Shown: in pieces, positions 57,516 to 64,000 of the stretch
Position numbering within the stretch: position 1 is the stretch's first letter
How the letters are laid out: each line of letters opens with the position of its first letter
From: Spirochaetia bacterium
Lineage (GTDB): Bacteria > Spirochaetota > Spirochaetia > CAKZLE01
Assembly (NCBI GenBank): GCA_963677595.1
Contig: OY782041.1
Coordinates: 3,136,001-3,200,000, forward strand
Length of the DNA stretch: 64,000 nucleotides
Reading direction: 5' to 3'
Notes under the pieces: generated by a model
What the model was told of the DNA's origin: nothing
Database searches by the model: none
Seen by the model: only the letters and a program-made list of their open reading frames with translations
Translations under genes and position numbers: made by a program

Positions 57516-58649
57516 TCAATTGCTGACCTTGAACATGATGCTGTCCTCGTAGCCGACGTAGACCTTGTGGTAGCCCGAAAGCTCCGAGTTGAGGGCCTCG
57601 TCCCCGGTATCGACTAAGAGGGTCTTCCCGAAGAGGGAGAGCATCTTGGGTTTCGAGGCGGCGATCATGATATTCCTGATCCCCACCCTGCGGATGACGG
57701 TAGGGCTGAGCTGCTGGTTGCCCCTCCCGAAGATATAACCCTGGCCGCCGATGACCGTCACGATGATCTTGATCTTCGAGGCCTCGTCCGTGTTCCTCTC
57801 GATGTATTCAAGGATCTGTCTCTCATTCACATCCTTCTCTACGATCCTGCGCCTGTGGACAAGATCGATGCCCAGCAGGGTACCGTCCTCACCGAGCTTG
57901 GTAAGGATTCCCTTGGTGGTACTTCCCGTCCCCACGATGTAGTGGGTGTCCTCCTCCATGATGTCAGCCATGTACCGTGTCAGGAAATCCATGGCAGCCG
58001 CCTCACTGTAGCCGCGGCCGCTCTTCATATTCTGCACCATACGCATCTCATTCGGTACGTAGAGATACCCGTACAGTTTCGCAGTCACTATTCCTTCCCT
58101 GAATGCCTCCTCGTCGATATCCATGACCTCGGATACCTTCAGATCCGTTACCTTCCCCTCGAGGTACTGGACTACCAGGTCCCCGGCCGTCTTCGGGTTT
58201 ATGGCGTACACGCCCGAGTGGATCTTACAGCCGCCTGGTATCCCCAGAACGGCGATCCGCTCTTCCCCGAGTGCGTCGAAGATGTTCCTGGCAGTCCCGT
58301 CCCCGCCCGCGAAGAGGATGAGGTCCACACCTGCATCCCGCAGCTCCCCGGCAGCCCGGATCGTGTCTTTGGGGGTGGTGTCTCCCGGATCCAGTCGTCC
58401 GATGACGGTAGGGCTGAACCCGGCCTCAACCGCCGCCTCTTCGCCCATGACGGAGGGATAGGTGACGATCTCGAAGGACTCCGCAGACTCATGCAGCCGC
58501 CGCAGGGCGACCGCGGCTTTATGCGGGCATTCCGGGACCGCACCGAGCGCCCTGGCCTTAGCCAGCGTCTCGGCACCGTCACTTCCCTTGAGACCAACTC
58601 TCCCCCCCATCCCGGCGATAGGATTCACGATCAACCCGATTCTCTTCAT
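57516..58649 (-). CDS. ATP-NAD kinase-family (AcoX-like) protein
   Basis: GLIVNPIAGMGG.VGLKGSDG, FAGGDGTAR, GIPGG.KIHSGV, GQGYIFGRGNQQ, VDTGD. Confidence 0.85.
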   Translation of the reverse strand: MKRIGLIVNPIAGMGGRVGLKGSDGAETLAKARALGAVPECPHKAAVALRRLHESAESFEIVTYPSVMGEEAAVEAGFSPTVIGRLDPGDTTPKDTIRAAGELRDAGVDLILFAGGDGTARNIFDALGEERIAVLGIPGGCKIHSGVYAINPKTAGDLVVQYLEGKVTDLKVSEVMDIDEEAFREGIVTAKLYGYLYVPNEMRMVQNMKSGRGYSEAAAMDFLTRYMADIMEEDTHYIVGTGSTTKGILTKLGEDGTLLGIDLVHRRRIVEKDVNERQILEYIERNTDEASKIKIIVTVIGGQGYIFGRGNQQLSPTVIRRVGIRNIMIAASKPKMLSLFGKTLLVDTGDEALNSELSGYHKVYVGYEDSIMFKVSN

Positions 58650-58676
58650 ACAGTCACACGTCTCTTCTCGGTACGA

Positions 58677-58709
58677 CTGCAGGCCGGAGCGTAGAAGCCC
58701 GGCCTGCAG
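58677..58709. other. Intercistronic stem-loop between gcvPB and the kinase gene
   Basis: CTGCAGGCCGG...CCGGCCTGCAG. Confidence 0.55.
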
Positions 58710-58718
58710 AGCTATCTT

Positions 58719-60284
58719 CTACTTCCGGTACTTCTTCAGGTATGCAGCCCAGGTCGTTGCCCACTTCTCCGGATCATCGAGGTCCGCCATATCCTTGAGC
58801 CTGTGCGAGGCACTCCTGTGCGGTGCTGTCTTGGCGATCTCGGGATCCTCATAGGCCTCAGCGGCGATGTGCCGTACGGTCTCAATGTAGGAATCGAGGT
58901 CAGCCTTGCTGTAGGTCTCGCAGGGTTCGAGCGTCATCGGCTCGGGGATGACCCATGGATGGTGTGATGCCCAGTACCAGGGGATGCCGAAGTCAATGAG
59001 GCGGCAGTTGATGTCATCGGTACCGACACCCGTATCCTTCTGGAGCTCTTCCCACGAGTAGCGGATCTGCTCCATCCGCCCGATGCCGTTCCCGGCGAAT
59101 GATTCACCGAGCCCCTTGATCTCCAGGAGTCTCTTGCGTACATAGTTGTTGTTGATGACCGATACATCAGCCACTTCCCGCAAGCCCTCAGCACCGAACA
59201 TCATGGCCCATGAGTAGGCCTTGAGGATGACACCGGCAGTCCCGGTGAACTCCCTCGTCTTGCCGAAGGTATCAGGCCGGTCATAGTCAAGATAGTACTT
59301 CTCGCCGTCGAACTCGACCGTCGGCTTGGGCAGGTACTTGATCAGGTGTTCCCGTACGCATACGGCACCGTTTGCGGGACCTTCACCGCCGTGGGGGGTC
59401 CCGAAGGTCTTGTGGACGTTGAAGTGGCACATGTCGAAGCCGGCTTCCCGTGCACGCACCACGCCGAGGAAGGCGTTCGCATTGGCCTGGTCGTAGTAGC
59501 AGAGACCGCCCACGTCATGTACCATCTGCGCGAACTTGTCGATATTGGGGTTATAGATCCCGATATCCTCGGGGTTGGTCATGAAGATACCCGCAAGGTG
59601 ATCCCCTGCATCGTCCACAGCTGCCTTGAACGCATTGATGTCCGGTACGCCGCGGTCATCCGGCCAGATGGTGATGACCTTGTAGCCTGCCGTCATCGGG
59701 GCTGCCGCGTCGCAGGGATGGGAGAAGATCGTGGTGATGATCGTGTCCCGCTTCTCTTCACCCCTGTCAGCATGGTACTTCCTCATGATCGAGGCAGCCG
59801 TGTAGACTGCGTGGTTCCCGCCTCCCGGCTGGAAGGTCACGCGGTCCATACCCGAGACCTCCTTGATGATCTGCTCGAACTTGTAGAAGATCTCGAGTAC
59901 GCCCTGGCAGGTCGAAATATCCTGCAGGGGGTGCACGTCGGCGAAATCATCGAGCAGGCAGAGCTCCTCGTTCACCCTCGGGTTGTACTTCATCGTACAG
60001 GTACCTTCTGAGATGTCCGGGGTCAGGTTCGATCCCATGGTCTCCTGGGAGAGGTGGAGCCAATGCTCGAGCACCTTCTTCTGGTCGACCTCCGGCAGTG
60101 CAGGAGGTGCCTTCCTCCGTATCGAGGCAGGAAGCCTGGCGGCCTCATCCCCGATACTGTGTATGATCTCCGGCTCGACTTCCGGGGGGATGATCCCCCT
60201 GACACCCGGGGTGGACAGTTCATAGATAATCGGTTCATCCCAGCGAGCTTCATGGAAATTCTTTCGTACTTTCGTTATAGCCAT
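58719..60284 (-). CDS. gcvPB: Glycine decarboxylase subunit 2-like PLP enzyme (divergent)
   Basis: CTMKYNP, HPLQ, TNP, YYDQAN.NA, HFNVHKTFGTPHGG (PLP lysine), EP.ET.SK, APH. Confidence 0.8.
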   Translation of the reverse strand: MAITKVRKNFHEARWDEPIIYELSTPGVRGIIPPEVEPEIIHSIGDEAARLPASIRRKAPPALPEVDQKKVLEHWLHLSQETMGSNLTPDISEGTCTMKYNPRVNEELCLLDDFADVHPLQDISTCQGVLEIFYKFEQIIKEVSGMDRVTFQPGGGNHAVYTAASIMRKYHADRGEEKRDTIITTIFSHPCDAAAPMTAGYKVITIWPDDRGVPDINAFKAAVDDAGDHLAGIFMTNPEDIGIYNPNIDKFAQMVHDVGGLCYYDQANANAFLGVVRAREAGFDMCHFNVHKTFGTPHGGEGPANGAVCVREHLIKYLPKPTVEFDGEKYYLDYDRPDTFGKTREFTGTAGVILKAYSWAMMFGAEGLREVADVSVINNNYVRKRLLEIKGLGESFAGNGIGRMEQIRYSWEELQKDTGVGTDDINCRLIDFGIPWYWASHHPWVIPEPMTLEPCETYSKADLDSYIETVRHIAAEAYEDPEIAKTAPHRSASHRLKDMADLDDPEKWATTWAAYLKKYRK

Positions 60285-60302
60285 TCTCGCTCTCCTCCTC
60301 TT

Positions 60303-61697
60303 CTAAGCTCTGCAGACGTCTGCGAGAGCTGCAGCGAAATCATCGAGGTCTTCCTTCGTGTGCATCTCAGTGACGCAGTAGACGGCACTCTGGCCGAGCT
60401 GCGGGAACTCCTTCGAGATATCCTTCCCGCCGAACACGTTGTAGCTGAGAAGCCCCTTGTTGATCGCCTCTACCGTCTTGCCGGTCCCGTCGAAATTGAC
60501 GGTGAACTCCTTGAAGGTGTAGGCGGCAGGGGAGGTGATCGTTACCCCATCGATGGCCGAGATGGCCTTCTTGAGGTAGGCGACCCGCTGCATGATCCCT
60601 TCGCCGAGCTCCTTGAAACCCTGCGGTCCCATCAGTGCCATGTAGACGCCCGATACCATGCCGTGGAGTGCTGCACAGGTCCCAATGAAGTCCTTCCCTT
60701 TCTCACGGGAAGCATATGAGGTCCGCTCGAAGGCTACCTGGCCGAAACCGTACTCGCCCTCTTTGATCGTCTCGGCGATGCCGAAGAGCAGGGATGGGTA
60801 CTCAGCTACCATCTTCTCCTCGTCCCGGGTGGCGATCCAGCCCCCCATATTCCCGCCGAATCCCAGGTGGAGTCCGAGCGGTTGGTGTTCACCGACCGCG
60901 TAATCTGCACCATAGTTGGCCGGGGCCTCAAGGACTCCAAGCGACATGGGGTCGCATCCTGCGATGACGAAGGCTCCGGAATCATGGAGGATGTCCGAGA
61001 TAGCCTGCGGGTCGGTCTCGATGAACCCAAGGTAAGATGGGTTCTCGAAATAGAAGGCAGCCGTTTTGTCGGTCACCTTGGCTTTCAGGTCCTCGAGGTC
61101 CGTACAGCCCTTCTCGAAATCATATGAGACGGTGACGAACTCGATCTCCGGTTTCCAGTAGTTCTGTGCGATCAATGCATTGTCAGGGTTCACGGCTTCT
61201 GAGACGAGGATCTGCCTTCTTCCGGTGGTCCTGCAGGCCATCCTGCCTGCGATGGCGATGGCATTGGCCCAGTCATAGGACGGGGTGTTGCACGCATCGA
61301 ACCCGGTGAGATCCCCGATCATGCTCGATGCCTCAAAGAGTGCCTGGAACTTGCCGTGGTCGGAATAAGCCTCCCCGACGTAGGATGTCAGCAGCTCGTC
61401 CCGTCCCATGATGGTATCGCAGACGGAAGGAACATAGTGCTGCCAGCATCCGCTCCCTAAGAAATTGATGTTTTTCTTGCAGTTTTTGTTCTTGTTGAGA
61501 ATGCCCTCAACATGCCTTCGAAGTCTGGCTTCGGACTGGATCGGCTCTGGAAGATTCATGGTCCCCTTGAATCGCAGATGATCCGGAATCGCGCTGTAGA
61601 TTTCTTCAGCGCTCTCCATCCCTATTTCATCGAGCATCTCTTTCTTGATCCGCTCTTCTGAATTTGGAATATAGGGGTGAACTTTACCTTGTACCAT
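60303..61697 (-). CDS. gcvPA: Glycine decarboxylase subunit 1-like protein (divergent)
   Basis: HPYIP...MLDEIG, FLGSG..HYVP, QALFE, YD.A.A, QPLG...FGG, REK, CVTE; AGGAGG RBS before ATG 61697. Confidence 0.8.
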   Translation of the reverse strand: MVQGKVHPYIPNSEERIKKEMLDEIGMESAEEIYSAIPDHLRFKGTMNLPEPIQSEARLRRHVEGILNKNKNCKKNINFLGSGCWQHYVPSVCDTIMGRDELLTSYVGEAYSDHGKFQALFEASSMIGDLTGFDACNTPSYDWANAIAIAGRMACRTTGRRQILVSEAVNPDNALIAQNYWKPEIEFVTVSYDFEKGCTDLEDLKAKVTDKTAAFYFENPSYLGFIETDPQAISDILHDSGAFVIAGCDPMSLGVLEAPANYGADYAVGEHQPLGLHLGFGGNMGGWIATRDEEKMVAEYPSLLFGIAETIKEGEYGFGQVAFERTSYASREKGKDFIGTCAALHGMVSGVYMALMGPQGFKELGEGIMQRVAYLKKAISAIDGVTITSPAAYTFKEFTVNFDGTGKTVEAINKGLLSYNVFGGKDISKEFPQLGQSAVYCVTEMHTKEDLDDFAAALADVCRA

Positions 61698-62446
61698 ATG
61701 TAACACCTCCTAAGAGAAATAAAAATAGACAGATTATTCTGGAACGATTAGTGTGATTTGTCAAGTAATTCATGAAAACCTAACATTTGTTACAGAAATA
61801 TTAGTAAAAACTAAGTATGTATAGGCATATTGATGTATAACTAAATAAATAATATATAGCATTGCGTATCGATAAACCTTTCATTATACCATCTAATGTT
61901 TGACCTGAGAATATGGAATGTTCTTAGAAACTACTAAAATACAGGATGTATGCTCTAAAATAACTATGCAAAAGTTAACGTAAATGTAAAGAAATCTATA
62001 AACACACATAATAATATATGCCTATCATGGTATCAGTAAGAACCGTGGATCATGAAGAATCTCTGCTGTCATTCTGATTAGAATCTATCGAATTTCTTAA
62101 TCTAATACTGTGTATTACAGAGTTCTAAGATGTGCCAGGAACCGGAGGATTCCAGAATCTCAACACAGACTTTCGGGTCCCGGATCTCCTGTGATTCGGA
62201 TAGGTTTGTATCGGGATCATATGCTGGGAATCCGAACGTGGCTTACGGCAGCCTGACTGAAAGGGCTAGCTTCTGATCTACCAGCTCGAGTGAGGACCTG
62301 GGGGGCATGGTCGCGATCACGGGGGAGCTGTAACAGGGGGATTTTGCCTCTTATACTATCTATGTGCATAATTATTGATGGTATTTTACATATTGCAGGG
62401 TTTCATGTATGATTGTAAGTATATGACTAGGTTGGTGCAGGGTATT

Positions 62447-62923
62447 ATGGTTGGTAGATTGAAGAGGGTAGTACTATTCGCAGCATTACTGCTGCTCGCA
62501 GTGATGCTCCTCTCCTGCAGCCTCGATACGCAGCCGTATGAACCGAGTGAGGCGGAGATCTATCGTACGTTGATGGGCTTCGTGCAGTTGGCGCAGATGG
62601 AAGAACTGCCGCAGGGTGTCAGACTGGGGTTCGTCTGGATGGGCGTGGCATTCTACCTGGAGGATGTCTCTACGGTGTATGAAGGGGAGACCTATGTCTA
62701 TAATGGATCCATCATCATGCACATGAAGAGTCTCACGAAGAAGACCTATGAACTTGATATCACGGCGTCTTCTGACAGCCTTGGGGGCGAGATCACGATC
62801 GACCTGGAAACGATCGATGATGGAGGGGACATCACGATCGAGGTCTGTGATATAAACAGCATGGACTATATAGAGGATGCGCAACTCATGATCGAAATGC
62901 TGCAAAGCCTTTTCGAAGAATAA
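62447..62923 (+). CDS. Hypothetical lipoprotein
   Basis: Basic N-terminus, hydrophobic core and LLSC lipobox. Start uncertain. Confidence 0.65.
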   Translation: MVGRLKRVVLFAALLLLAVMLLSCSLDTQPYEPSEAEIYRTLMGFVQLAQMEELPQGVRLGFVWMGVAFYLEDVSTVYEGETYVYNGSIIMHMKSLTKKTYELDITASSDSLGGEITIDLETIDDGGDITIEVCDINSMDYIEDAQLMIEMLQSLFEE

Positions 62924-63029
62924 GGGATGGCTTAGAATAGAACATGAAATTGTTTAGTGCATAAATTAGTTAGCATGCTGTATAATTATTGGTAAATGAG
63001 TAATGAGTACATGATTCAAGGGGGAAGCT

Positions 63030-63698
63030 ATGGGGGCACCAACTCTCATGCTTGTAGGGAGAAATGTACTCATAAAAGAGGCACTTACATCGCTGCTCAC
63101 AACTGATGACTGCTGTGATGTGATCGATGCCTCTTCGAATGGACATGATGCATTAAAAAAGTATAACTCACTCAAGCCTGATATCGTACTGATAGAGGAA
63201 CATCTCGAACAGATCGACGTACTGACGCTCTGCTTCGAGATGAAATACAAACACCCGAACTGTAAGCTCATCGTGCTCTCCGACCTTGCCAAGCCATTCG
63301 TGGTCCTCGAATGCGTAAAGATCGGGGTGCAGGGCATCATCTGCCTGACCAATCCATATTATATTCTCTCCCGTGCGATCGAGAAGATCACCAAAGGCGG
63401 CAAGTACTACTGCGACAACGTCTCGCAGATCCTTGCTGACGGTTACAGCGAACAGGCGAACAGTTCAGTTGAAGCCTCACCAGTCAACCTCCTGACTGCC
63501 CGTGAGCGGGAGATCATGAATGCCATGCTCAACGGCCGGACCCCGAAGCAGATCGGGACGAACCTCCATATTAGCGTGAAGACAGTCTCGGTCCACAAGA
63601 CCAATATATTCAGGAAGCTGGGCATCACCTCGATGATCGATCTCTACCGGATCGGGGAGACGCTGAACAATCAGCAGGAGCAGGCTGCAGGGGAATAG
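63030..63698 (+). CDS. NarL/LuxR-family response regulator with an atypical receiver domain
   Basis: C-terminal LTAREREI...G.T.KQI...LHISVKTVSVHKTNIFRKLG; receiver fold lacks the canonical Asp residues. Confidence 0.85.
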   Translation: MGAPTLMLVGRNVLIKEALTSLLTTDDCCDVIDASSNGHDALKKYNSLKPDIVLIEEHLEQIDVLTLCFEMKYKHPNCKLIVLSDLAKPFVVLECVKIGVQGIICLTNPYYILSRAIEKITKGGKYYCDNVSQILADGYSEQANSSVEASPVNLLTAREREIMNAMLNGRTPKQIGTNLHISVKTVSVHKTNIFRKLGITSMIDLYRIGETLNNQQEQAAGE

Positions 63699-63800
63699 AA
63701 CGCTATATTTATTATAAGTAAAAACTTATCATAATAATGGTGATATGCCTACTATATAATGAATACTATCTATTATATAGATAGATAACAATAAATATGA

Positions 63801-63829
63801 TTGACACCGTATTCGTGAGATCCTATCAT
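63801..63829 (+). promoter_or_regulatory. Promoter TTGACA-N17-TATCAT
   Basis: Read directly, upstream of ATG 63890. Confidence 0.6.
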
Positions 63830-63889
63830 GAATACTGATAAGCAGCAATGTGATGTAAAAAAAGATGTTGTCATAATTCGGGGGGGGCT

Positions 63890-64000
63890 ATGAAGAATAT
63901 CAAGTATTCCAGTGCTATTGTACTGATATGTCTGATGATAGCATTCATGACGGGATGTCCGAACACCCCAGACCCTCCGGTAGAGACTGAAGGATCTCTC
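63890..64000 (+). CDS. Lipoprotein, 5' part only
   Basis: MKNIKYSSAIVLICLMIAFMTGCPNTPDPP...; the frame is open to the window edge. Confidence 0.6.
   Translation, partial: MKNIKYSSAIVLICLMIAFMTGCPNTPDPPVETEGSL

Noticed and set aside
61700-62400. Glycine riboswitch or other ncRNA upstream of gcvPA, including the GC-richer patch at about 62130-62340
   Set aside because: I could not find glycine riboswitch consensus elements or a convincing fold. An Rfam search would be needed to exclude an RNA.

Overview
A bacterial chromosomal window, probably from a free-living spirochaete (inferred from 'AGGAQE'/'AQGQKD'-type solute-binding N-termini and lipoprotein signals). No rRNA, tRNA or CRISPR array was seen. 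Positions 1-22 kb form an accessory/defence-like region: an IS1634-like element inserted into a gene, an AbiL-like ATPase+RloB pair, two toxin-antitoxin modules with broken toxins, a primase-helicase fusion, a large PKD/beta-helix lipoprotein, a GGDEF pseudogene and a lone carboxyltransferase. Then come a hexuronate locus (amidohydrolase, GntR, TRAP, uxuA, uxuB), an IS66 remnant with cargo-like genes and an SF1 helicase-nuclease, and a 15-kb murQ amino-sugar cluster. The window ends with a divergent gcvPA/gcvPB operon lacking gcvT/H and an atypical LuxR regulator. The most striking pattern is eight dispersed ATPase-wHTH-PD-(D/E)xK genes (7 AAA_14/DUF4143 type, 1 DUF234 type). Most have their own distinct repeat or palindrome array over a sigma70-like promoter, and three appear to be leaderless, suggesting self-regulating single-gene cassettes. 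Family assignments are from motif recognition only; no database searches were run.
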